Positions 33,174 to 42,292 of a DNA stretch of 64,000 nucleotides are shown here, one piece after another. Position 1 is the first letter of the stretch, and the number at the start of each line of letters is the position of its first letter. Source of the DNA: Naegleria gruberi. Lineage: Eukaryota. The notes below the pieces were generated by a model, which was not told the DNA's origin, did not search any database, and saw only the letters and a list, made by a program, of their open reading frames with translations. Location of the stretch: the NCBI GenBank assembly GCA_000004985.1, contig GG738908.1; one strand, 5' to 3'. A program made the position numbers and the translations under genes.

Positions 33174-33281
33174 ATGAATCTTGGACCAGGTGATAAAGAG
33201 AGGCTTTTAAATCTGTAAAGGAGGTTAAATCATGATGAATAAAGCCATTGTAAAATTTCCAAACACAAATTTATTGAGATA
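33174..33281 (+). repeat. direct repeat copy B. It contains a frameshifted pseudo-copy of the last ~23 codons of gene 31011..31526 (LMNLGPGDKERLLNL*) and ends on the stop codon of the minus-strand gene 33271..34065.
   Basis: See copy A. The 1-bp deletion ttttaaaatctg to ttttaaatctg breaks the frame. Confidence 0.8.
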
Positions 33282-34065
33282 ATTCTCTCAACTTGGTCAT
33301 TGCCTTGGAAATAATAGATGGGAATCTTCCATACATTGAAGCATCATAAATAACTTGTTTGATTTCAGATATTACCTGACTTTGCTTGATTGCTTTCTCA
33401 AGAGACATTTCAATGACATGATCATATTGACTTGGATTTGAGTTTTTAATTCCAACTCCATTGGCGTTGGCAGCAACAGAAAGTGATAAAGCAGTCATAT
33501 CACTCAACTCCAAGGCCCTCAAATAGGCATTCTCAACAGTTTGGTATAAAATGTTTGGATTTCCATTCTTGGTGGACATGGCATCTGCTGTTGTGGCCAC
33601 TGCCATAGCCATGGAAGTTGAATCTGCCAAATAAATTGATTTTTCAAAAGATTTCAACACAACATATTGATAGAGGAGTGGATTTCCATCCTTGCTTCCA
33701 GTAGCATCAGCGTTGGTAGCCACAGCCAAACTCAATGGTGTAGAATCAGCCAATTTAATAGCGCTCAAATAGGCATAATTAATTGATTCCAAATATGAAT
33801 TTAAATTCATCACTTCCATTGCAGATGCATCAGCATGTGTGGCCACAGCCATAGCCAAACTACTTGTTGAACATAAATCAGCAGCCTTTCTATAATAATT
33901 ATTGGCATCTCTGACTTGTCCAGCAAGAACTGATTGATCTGCCAATCCCAACAAATAAACTGCTAAATTATCATTCGTCTCGGAATTGACATGAACCAAA
34001 CTTCCCAAACAAATAAATATCAAGATGAGAATAACCAATTTTCCAATCATCATCTTTACTGACAT
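33271..34065 (-). CDS. secreted protein (264 aa) with a signal peptide and four tandem ~45-aa repeats centred on (S/T)xxLAMAVATxADAxxxKxGNP; function unknown
   Basis: Signal IGKLVILILIFICLGSLVHVNS. Repeats: YYRKAADLCSTSSLAMAVATHADASAME...; YLSAIKLADSTPLSLAVATNADATGSKDGNPLLYQ; SIYLADSTSMAMAVATTADAMSTKNGNPNILYQ; YLRALELSDMTALSLSVAANANGVGIKNSNPSQYD. Confidence 0.6.
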   Translation of the reverse strand: MSVKMMIGKLVILILIFICLGSLVHVNSETNDNLAVYLLGLADQSVLAGQVRDANNYYRKAADLCSTSSLAMAVATHADASAMEVMNLNSYLESINYAYLSAIKLADSTPLSLAVATNADATGSKDGNPLLYQYVVLKSFEKSIYLADSTSMAMAVATTADAMSTKNGNPNILYQTVENAYLRALELSDMTALSLSVAANANGVGIKNSNPSQYDHVIEMSLEKAIKQSQVISEIKQVIYDASMYGRFPSIISKAMTKLRELSQ

Positions 34066-34245
34066 TTTTTTAGATGGAGAAGGGCGTGTAATTTCAGGAG
34101 TTTCTGGTGGGTCATTCGAATAGGTGCGCGGACTTTCAAATTTTTTCTTTGAATTGTAACAAAGTTTACAATTAATATTTTAATATCTTTAATAGTACAA
34201 TATTTCAAGATTCTCGCTTAGTAGAAATAATTATTTGAAAAAAAA

Positions 34246-35601
34246 ATGCAAAAAAGTTTTGTGAGGAATTGTTATCAAAATGTTGTTGCATCAATTAAAT
34301 CATCTCATGAATTATGTACAATTCGGAGGAATATAATTTTTAATCAAAGAATGTTTGCAATTTTATCGAATGATCATCATCGTGATGGAGTAATGGAAAT
34401 AGCATGCAATAATTTCGGAAATGTCAGAGATTCGATTATTAAATTACAGAAAGTTATTAGTGAAAATAATTATTGTGAAGGAGAGAAGGAAAAGGAGAAA
34501 TTAATTTCCAATTTTTTGCAGTATTCGCAAGGAATGATGTTTTTGATTAAATCAATTTCTCAGGAGAGTTTTAATATTTCAGAAATGAAGCCAATTCATA
34601 ATTTAGAAATGGGAATTTCAATAGATGGAAAAGATGTTTTAGAGATTGATCAGGTCAGCTATTTGAATTTTCTTAGAAAAAGCTATTTAAGAGAATTCAA
34701 TAAGGAATATTTATGTTCAAGAGAAAAGCTAATTAGTTTAATTTTGTTGACTACCGAATTAATTTATTCAAAGAATGCAGAAGGGCTGAGAGCGATGGCC
34801 ATGTTTGTTCGAGATTATCCAAGAGTGAAAGAATTATATACTAAACTGTATGAAGGATCAATTGAGCAATCTTGGACTAGCATTTTAGGGAAACGATTTA
34901 GTGAAGATGAATTTGATTGGATTTATGATTTGGAAACTGAACTACCTCTAAATATTAATGGAATGTATAATATTTTCAAATCTATAACTACTAAGCAAAC
35001 CAAAGATGAAATAATAGATATTTGCGATGATGAAATGGTAAAATCCCCACTCAATCCTTATATTCCACTCATGAAAGGAGTTCTATTTAATAATTCTGAA
35101 TCTATCAATCAAGCTCTAGAAATTTTGAAAAATTCAAAACAAATCAACATAGATACCCTCCATAGAATTCATCAATCTAATTTATATAATAATGAAACTA
35201 CTAAGGAACGAATTAATGATCTAAAATTCACTCCAATCCTATTTTGGAAGTGTCACTTTGAAAATTCTAATAGTAACGTATCTGATTGGATCCACCAAAT
35301 TGAAACTCATTCAAGATTTCCTACGCATTACAATTTAATTCAATTAGGACTAACTTCATCATTTAGAAATGGAAATTACACTAGAGTACTGGATTTTATT
35401 CAATTAATGAAACATTACGAATCTCAAATACCTACTGATGAATTATTTGAATCTATTATGCTGGGAATTGAAGCAGCAAGAAAACTAAATAGAGAAAATG
35501 AGTTAAAATCATTCATTGAAATGCTCATAGACAAACATGGAGACAATTCACCATTTCCTTCTCTATTACAAAATCTTACAAACATTGAAAGCATTTCATA
35601 A
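34246..35601 (+). CDS. hypothetical alpha-helical protein (451 aa); function unknown
   Basis: Single complete ORF of non-repetitive sequence with no diagnostic motif recognised. Confidence 0.5.
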   Translation: MQKSFVRNCYQNVVASIKSSHELCTIRRNIIFNQRMFAILSNDHHRDGVMEIACNNFGNVRDSIIKLQKVISENNYCEGEKEKEKLISNFLQYSQGMMFLIKSISQESFNISEMKPIHNLEMGISIDGKDVLEIDQVSYLNFLRKSYLREFNKEYLCSREKLISLILLTTELIYSKNAEGLRAMAMFVRDYPRVKELYTKLYEGSIEQSWTSILGKRFSEDEFDWIYDLETELPLNINGMYNIFKSITTKQTKDEIIDICDDEMVKSPLNPYIPLMKGVLFNNSESINQALEILKNSKQINIDTLHRIHQSNLYNNETTKERINDLKFTPILFWKCHFENSNSNVSDWIHQIETHSRFPTHYNLIQLGLTSSFRNGNYTRVLDFIQLMKHYESQIPTDELFESIMLGIEAARKLNRENELKSFIEMLIDKHGDNSPFPSLLQNLTNIESIS

Positions 35602-35779
35602 TGAACTATATTGATTTCAATAGCAGACTATAGTAGATTAGAATAATATACAATCATTGAATCTTTTCTTATAGTACCTCAACACAAATAGTTCTAATTG
35701 AAAAATACAAGATCTTGTATTGTGGTTAAAACTTTGGCGCCAAAATGGTGTACGAATAAAAACACAAATTGAAAAAAAA

Positions 35780-36287
35780 ATGTTGACATCCCTACCATTT
35801 CAACTCGTTGTATTAGGAAACACTATTTGGTCTTTTGTTGTTATTGCAATATCCATAATTACACTGATCGTAAAGGGATCCATATTGCTTTATCCTTCAT
35901 ATGCTCTTGCGTTGGAATTTATTGGATGGTTCTGTTATGCAATCATCACGTATGCAAACTTGAAATTAAGTATGTAAATGTATTAATGCTTGATTGTTTG
36001 AACATTGACATTCCGAATACCTTAGATTCACTTGGAAATTTCACTGAAAATTATACACCAATTTTCTTGAGCTTGCCATTTCTATTGTTAATGTTGGGAG
36101 GTTCAATTTATTTTCTTTGTCTTCAAGTATATGTGTAAGTGGAATCAAAAATGATAATATTGATCAATTATGTAATAACAGATTAATGTTTGAAGTTATT
36201 TTCAACAGTATTTCCCTTGTATTAATTGTAGCAAACTTTGTTGCCTCTGTAATTGTTGGACTAACATTTGTTAGATTTGCTGTTTAA
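35780..36287 (+). CDS. TMEM216/TMEM17-family tetraspan membrane protein (about 135 aa). Exons 35780..35969, 36026..36134 and 36182..36287.
   Basis: MLTSLPFQLVVLGNTIWSFVVIAISIITLIVKGSILLYPSYALALEFIGW resembles the TMEM216 core (ILFFLNSYYSAVYFLAEVLMFIYKVVLLPYP). Four predicted TM helices. Two GT..AG introns (56 and 47 nt) with consistent phases. Confidence 0.55.
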
Positions 36288-36467
36288 TCCATTCGAAACA
36301 GTTTAAATTTGAGAAATTAAATTATTGCTGTATGAAAATATGTGATGGTAATCACATACTTCTGTTCAACAGCCTTATTATAGAAAACTGAAAATGTATG
36401 AGGATCAAAGAAAGTAATATTTAAAATAACAATATCGGAATCCAATCAATTCAAATACAAATAAAAA

Positions 36468-36896
36468 ATGAGTTCAAGTAAACCAAAGCTTGCCAACCCA
36501 AGTTTTCAAAAGAGCGAAAAGGCTAACCAAGAAGCCGCTATAGATGAATTAGAACAAATGTACAAACATAAATTCTCTTGGATGGATGATGTTGTTGATA
36601 TTAGAGATGAATGTCCATTGTGTATGGTCTATGTAAATTCACCTTGTTATGATGCTTTCAGTGATTATAACAAATTGGATGATGTTAAACTTGAATTGAA
36701 GAATTCCATCCGAAAGGAAAAAACATCTGAAAAGGAACTTGAATATAAACTCTATGTTCAAAAAACTGATTTGGCTTGGGATAAATTAATGAAGTGTGTC
36801 AATCCACAACAAGAATTATATTTGAATAGACAAAAAGAATTGAGATCATACATTAACAATGTCCAACAATATGAAAAGAAAGCATTAGGAGAGTAA
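36468..36896 (+). CDS. hypothetical small coiled-coil protein (142 aa) with a CPLC...SPCY cysteine motif; function unknown
   Basis: Complete ORF MSSSKPKLANPSFQKSEKANQEAAIDELEQMYKHKFSWMDDVVDIRDECPLCMVYVNSPCYDAF... Confidence 0.45.
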   Translation: MSSSKPKLANPSFQKSEKANQEAAIDELEQMYKHKFSWMDDVVDIRDECPLCMVYVNSPCYDAFSDYNKLDDVKLELKNSIRKEKTSEKELEYKLYVQKTDLAWDKLMKCVNPQQELYLNRQKELRSYINNVQQYEKKALGE

Positions 36897-37097
36897 TTTT
36901 ACAATAGGGTTATCATCAAAATAATAATAATAATTGAAATTACCAATTGAAAAGAGATCTCGGATATAATACTTGACAATATTATGATGCACAAATAATC
37001 ATCATAATAAAGTATACTACTCAATAAATATATTAATTTATAATCACAATAATTCCTAAACAATTTCAAAAGTGTAGTAAGGTAAGTTGTATGAAAC

Positions 37098-37106
37098 TTT
37101 CCCGCC
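37098..37106 (+). promoter_or_regulatory. E2F-like motif TTTCCCGCC about 65 bp upstream of the centrin ATG
   Basis: An exact TTTSSCGC-class element in an otherwise AT-rich promoter. Confidence 0.35.
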
Positions 37107-37167
37107 CAAAAAGAATTATTTTGCACCAACACTGCTACAATATTTCCCACCAACACAATACAAAAAA

Positions 37168-37686
37168 ATGCAAAAATACGGTTCTAAGAAGATTGGTGCA
37201 ACCAGTGCTACATCAAGCAATAAGCAAAAGGTACAAATTGAATTAACTGATGAACAAAGACAAGAAATTAAAGAAGCCTTTGATTTATTCGATATGGATG
37301 GTTCAGGTAAAATTGATGCAAAGGAATTGAAGGTGGCAATGAGAGCACTCGGTTTTGAACCAAAGAAAGAGGAAATTAAAAAGATGATCTCCGGAATTGA
37401 TAATGGATCTGGTAAAATTGATTTTAATGATTTCCTTCAATTAATGACAGCAAAAATGAGTGAAAAGGATAGCCATGCCGAAATAATGAAAGCTTTCCGT
37501 CTCTTTGATGAAGACGATTCTGGATTTATTACATTTGCAAATCTCAAAAGAGTTGCTAAAGATTTGGGTGAAAATATGACTGATGAAGAATTGAGAGAAA
37601 TGATTGAAGAAGCTGATCGATCGAATCAGGGACAAATCTCAAAGGAAGATTTCCTCCGTATTATGAAAAAGACAAACCTCTTTTAA
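37168..37686 (+). CDS. centrin (caltractin), an EF-hand protein with four EF hands and a basic N-terminal extension
   Basis: [54 protein letters not shown]...[76 protein letters not shown] is near-identical to canonical centrins. The ORF track ATG at 37087 is probably 5' UTR; the likely start is MQKYGSKK at 37168. Confidence 0.85.
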   Translation: MQKYGSKKIGATSATSSNKQKVQIELTDEQRQEIKEAFDLFDMDGSGKIDAKELKVAMRALGFEPKKEEIKKMISGIDNGSGKIDFNDFLQLMTAKMSEKDSHAEIMKAFRLFDEDDSGFITFANLKRVAKDLGENMTDEELREMIEEADRSNQGQISKEDFLRIMKKTNLF

Positions 37687-37836
37687 AATTTTTCAAATTC
37701 CCTTCTGTACAATTTCGCAACAATGACTAATATAATCATCCACCAATCTTCTATTTATCCTCCTTTTTTCTAATTATTATCAATAAATTAAAACTAATTC
37801 TACAAGAATAACAACAATTATTAATATTTAAAAAAA

Positions 37837-38301
37837 ATGAAATCCTTCGCTTCAACTCTTGCTCGCATCAATCGTCATAGCAGAATCTCAACAATTTCTT
37901 CTATTCGTTCTTTCCACTCATCAAGAGCTTCCCTTTTGGACATTAATATTGAAGATGATTTTAAAAAGTTTGAAACTTTGGCCGAACAAGGAAAGTCTGC
38001 TGAAGTTATTAGTATCATCAACAAGGACCAATTAGATGGTAAAATTACATATAAAAACGCTTGGAGATATATTCGCGGATATGCTCTCTTGAAGAAGGAA
38101 GCTGAAGCTGAACAATTATATAACCAATTTATTGATGTTATTAATCCTGATGATAAAATCTCGTTGATTTATCACTACAATGCTATCCTCAATGTTTACA
38201 TCAATACTCAAAATACTGACAAGGCTAGTAAGATTTTCCGTCAAATTCCAAAGATTCCAAAGAAGGCTTTCGAAGAATTGTTGGCTCAACAAAAGAAGTA
38301 A
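37837..38301 (+). CDS. small protein (154 aa) with an Arg/Ser-rich N-terminal mitochondrial-targeting-like presequence; function unknown
   Basis: MKSFASTLARINRHSRISTISSIRSFHSSRASLL followed by a helical body. Confidence 0.4.
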   Translation: MKSFASTLARINRHSRISTISSIRSFHSSRASLLDINIEDDFKKFETLAEQGKSAEVISIINKDQLDGKITYKNAWRYIRGYALLKKEAEAEQLYNQFIDVINPDDKISLIYHYNAILNVYINTQNTDKASKIFRQIPKIPKKAFEELLAQQKK

Positions 38302-38566
38302 ACAATACATTATCTTGAATTAATCATAACAATAATTTTAAAGTAATGCAAACCACTATCACACAAAGTTTTGGGACCTCCAACAATAACTTTAAACATC
38401 ATAGGACTTTTTAATAATAAAAAAACAATAATTATGTAAAATTACAGTAGGTCTTTATTAAATTATTATTAAATACTATTAGAGGAGCTGTTATGTGTTG
38501 TTAGTCAATGGTTAAATAATAACAATTTAATAATTTAATGAACAAGAAGCTATTTAATAATAAAAA

Positions 38567-40163
38567 ATGGATAGAAATACACCACAAGTAAGTTGTCGGA
38601 CCACTTTGCGTTTAACCATAAAATTAACCTCTTTTCATCACTAACAACAAATAAATACAACAGAATAACAACAATTATTCATCATCATCACATCATTATC
38701 ACGGTGGAAGGGATTACAATCGTAGAGATTATGACAGGTATGATAATAATTACTATCACAATGATAGAAGAGATTATGATGGGTATAATTCTTACTCAAA
38801 CCGAGGTGGAGGATCATCATATCACAACAACAACAACAACAACAACAGAACACCTCCTCCACGATCATCAAATTATAGGGAACAACAAGAAAATGGAGAT
38901 TCATCACCTCCTAGAAGTCCAACATCCTCATCCCAAACATCAAAAATTAGAGAAATGTCGTATGCTGAGAGGGTTAGTATTTTCAAGAAAATGTTAGATG
39001 ATTGTAAAGTTCAAATAGATGATGATTGGTCTAGAGCAATGAAAAGAGTTGGTAACGACTCTAGAGTTAAAATAATTAGTAGGATTCAAGATAGAAAGGA
39101 CATCTTTCATCAATACATTTCCGAAAAAATTACTAGGGAAAGAGAAATGAAAAGAGAAAAACGAAGAAAATTAAGAGAGGATTTTTTAAGTATGTTAGCA
39201 GAACTAAAATCTACTCCTATATTTTCTCAACCTAAAGCCTATCTATCAACAACTTATCAACAGGTTTTACCAAAAATTGAAAATGACCACAGATTTTTAA
39301 ATGTGGAAAGTGAGGATGACAGATTGGATTATTTTTACTCTTTTCTTGATGAATTGGAAAATAAGGATAAGGATATTTCAAAACAAGAAAAGAAGGAGAA
39401 GAAAATACGTTTTAAAGAGTTACTCATCAGGAAGAAGGAACAAGGCCTAATTTCCTACAGAACTCTTTGGAGACATATCAGAGAAAAAATTCAATCAGAG
39501 GAAGAATATAAAGCTTTAGATTACTGTGATAGATTGTTAGTTTGGGAAGAATTCATTTCAAATTTGGAGCTTGAACATTATAACAAGAAAAAGCAAAGAC
39601 GTGAAGAAAGAGAAAGACTCATTAAACAACATGCAGATAATTATTGGGATTTACTCTCTGATTTGAGAAAGAGTGGTAAAGTCAATGTACTTTCTAGCTG
39701 GAAGGAGGTTAAGCCAATAATTGAAACTGAGGATCGTTATCAAGCTATTGCTAATCAAACTGTAGACATACCACCATCTTCACCAATGAGGCATCAAGAA
39801 CAAAGATCACGTAATACTATTGAAAAGGCCAGAGCTATTTTCAATGATTTTATAGATCATTTACTTTCAATCTACAAACAAGACAAGAAAACATTTAGAA
39901 AATTGATTAAGGATTTGGATATTGTAATTGATGATACAAGCAACTTTGAAGAATTCAAATCAAAGATAGAGAAGGATGACAGAGTTTCATCAATTAGTCC
40001 TGACAATATTTCTATTCTTTTTGAGGAAGCTGTTGATAAGGCTAAAGACAAGAAAAGAAAATATCAACCAACCTCGGAAGAAAATTTCAATCAGGATGAG
40101 GTAGGTGAAGATTTTAAACACAGGAAAATTGAAGGCTCTGAACAGATGACAAATCAGCAATAA
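38567..40163 (+). CDS. multi-FF-domain protein (PRP40/TCERG1-like FF repeats) with an RDY/RGG/poly-N low-complexity N-terminus. Exon 1 is 38567..38587 (7 codons), intron 38588..38663, exon 2 is 38664..40163.
   Basis: MDRNTPQ|NNNNYSSSSHHYHGGRDYNRRDYDRYDNNYYHNDRRDYDGYNSYSNRGGGSSYHNNNNNNN... followed by five FF-like units (ERVSIFKKMLDDCKVQIDDDWSRAMKRVGNDSRVKIISRIQDRKDIFHQYI; KLREDFLSMLAELK...; KIRFKELLIRKKEQGLISYRTLWRHI...). The ORF-track His-rich ORF 38593..38997 is the wrong frame of this exon. Confidence 0.65.
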
Positions 40164-40253
40164 ACTCAAATTATTGTGATGTTGTAAATATTAAATATTT
40201 TTGTCTATCAAAATGAAGTAGAATTGAAAAATGTAAATAATCAGTTAAAAGGT

Positions 40254-40327
40254 TACAGCGAGCGGGGCTTGAACCCGCGACCTTAAGCGTGTTAGGCTTA
40301 CGATCTAACCAACTGATCTATCGCTGC
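40254..40327 (-). tRNA. tRNA-Val (anticodon AAC)
   Basis: Sense sequence: acceptor GCAGCGA/TCGCTGT, D-arm GATC-AGTTGGTTA-GATC, anticodon loop CTAACAC, T-arm GCGGG-TTCAAGC-CCCGC, discriminator A. Confidence 0.85.
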
Positions 40328-40476
40328 TTACATTTTGTGAATCATAACCTTATTCCACGTAATCTGGAAAGAGCAATTTCAGTTCTGTTATTTAAAAGTT
40401 TCTGTTTTGGCTGGAATTAAAACAGAATATTTCCATTTTAATATCTTTAAAAATAGAAAATAAAAAGCTTAAAAAA

Positions 40477-42123
40477 ATGGATCCGCAACAACCTGAAGAA
40501 GATACCAATCTTTTCGAAGAGATTCTACTCCGATCTGTTTCGACAACTGTTTCCAGTGAACCAAGTACAACATCTGAATATATTTATGATCATAAGGATT
40601 ATAAATTTAAATCTGATTCGGATATTCCAAGACTTTTACTACAAAGAAAAATACATTTTGGATCGGAAAGATATTTTCCAAATATTTGTAAGAGAATCAA
40701 TCCTTATAGTGATGTAAGATTTAGTCCGCATAAAAAATTGAAATCACATTCTTCCTTGATTTATCAAATGCATTTGAGCCATGTGATTCATGATAAGAAG
40801 AATGGACATAGAGGTTGTGTTAATTCTGTTAATTGGGCACCAGCTGAGGATGTATTGAAGAGTAATTGTTATGGAGGTGTAGATTTGAATAATTTGCTAA
40901 TTTCTGGAAGTGATGATTGTCATATTAATATTTGGGATGCAAACAAATCGAAATGTCTTCAAAGAGTTCCAACACCTCATACAGGAAATATATTTTGTGT
41001 TAAGTGGTTTCCAAATACTAACTTGTCGACATTTATTTCTAGTGCAGCTGATGGAAAGATTGGAATTTATAGAAATGGAAAACATACTCAATCTATTAAG
41101 GAACATAATGGAATGGTACATAGGGTTTGCATTGAGAATGGATCTTCTGATATATTTATTTCAATATCACAAGATGGTAGTTGTAAATTATTTGATTTGA
41201 GACAACCTGTGCATCAACATACAACTTTATTAACCTTAAAAGAAGGTTCCACTGGAACTAAATCAGTTGATATCAATAGTATTGACATGAATCCATTGGA
41301 TGTAAATGAATTCATTTTGGGATGTGATGATCAATACGTGAGACTCTTTGATAGAAGAAGAATTTTGAATAATGAACCAAGGAATACCTATTGTCCTACT
41401 AATTTAATCACAAGAAATCAAGAAGGAACACAATATCTATTCCCAACTCATGTGACAGGTGTTAGATTCAACAAACATGGTAACGAAATATTGGCTACCT
41501 ATAGTGGGGATAATATTTATTTATTTGATAAGAATGGCCCAGACTCAAAGATGAAATACAATGGGCATTGTAATATTAGAACAGTTAAAGAAGTTAATTT
41601 CTTTGGAGAGGATTCTGAGTTTGTAATATCAGGAAGTGATTGTGGAAATGTTTTTGTTTGGGATAAGAAAACAGGTTGTATTGTAAATATTGTAAAGGGA
41701 GATCAGCATGTAGTTAATTGCCTATCTCCTCACCCTTATTACCCAGGTGTATTGGCTACAAGTGGTATTGAGTATAATATCAAATTATTTGAAATGGGCA
41801 AATTGGACTATTTTGGAGATAAAAAAGAAACTAAAATTTCAAATAATATTGCTTACAGAGTTAATAATCAATCAAGCGATGTTTCTGAGTTGGTAAAGGA
41901 AAATGAAAGAAAATTGAGAGAAGGTCATCAAAGTTTAATTCTTCCAGCTAGTATGGTTTTGAATATTATGCAACTATTGAGTGAGACTGAAACTGAAGAG
42001 GCAACAAATCAACCACGTGTAAACAGAAGACAAAGAAGACTCAGAGAATTACTTCAATTCCTCGGAGATATGTGGCAAAGTGATGACGATTCTGATGAGG
42101 AAGACGAAAGTGACGAAGAGTAA
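40477..42123 (+). CDS. WD40-repeat protein, DCAF8 (DDB1- and CUL4-associated factor 8/WDR42)-like, with an acidic C-terminal tail
   Basis: HRGCVNSVNWAPAEDVLKSNCYGGVDLNNLLISGSDDCHINIWDANKSKCLQRVPTPHTGNIFCVKWFPN matches the DCAF8 signature (H.G.VN...W...G..L.SGSDD..V..WD...HxxNVF..KF.P). Multiple WD repeats; the C-terminus is ...DDDSDEEDESDEE. Confidence 0.7.
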   Translation: MDPQQPEEDTNLFEEILLRSVSTTVSSEPSTTSEYIYDHKDYKFKSDSDIPRLLLQRKIHFGSERYFPNICKRINPYSDVRFSPHKKLKSHSSLIYQMHLSHVIHDKKNGHRGCVNSVNWAPAEDVLKSNCYGGVDLNNLLISGSDDCHINIWDANKSKCLQRVPTPHTGNIFCVKWFPNTNLSTFISSAADGKIGIYRNGKHTQSIKEHNGMVHRVCIENGSSDIFISISQDGSCKLFDLRQPVHQHTTLLTLKEGSTGTKSVDINSIDMNPLDVNEFILGCDDQYVRLFDRRRILNNEPRNTYCPTNLITRNQEGTQYLFPTHVTGVRFNKHGNEILATYSGDNIYLFDKNGPDSKMKYNGHCNIRTVKEVNFFGEDSEFVISGSDCGNVFVWDKKTGCIVNIVKGDQHVVNCLSPHPYYPGVLATSGIEYNIKLFEMGKLDYFGDKKETKISNNIAYRVNNQSSDVSELVKENERKLREGHQSLILPASMVLNIMQLLSETETEEATNQPRVNRRQRRLRELLQFLGDMWQSDDDSDEEDESDEE

Positions 42124-42292
42124 CCTTAATAAATATTTATATTCTTACTTTTACTGAAGAATAATATTCAGAAATTTAATTATATAGAGGATTACTGAAT
42201 TACTAATCTTGAAAGTTGGTATTTTACAAGATTTAGTCTTTGATCCTTTCTAATGCCCAGTTTCTAATCCATAGTAGGTTTGATATTTTCAG

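Noticed and set aside
38593-38997. His/Thr/Ile-rich 134-aa ORF from the six-frame track
   Set aside because: It is the wrong reading frame of the RDY/poly-N low-complexity exon of the FF-domain gene. The alternative frame connects to both the start codon (via an intron) and the conserved FF domains.
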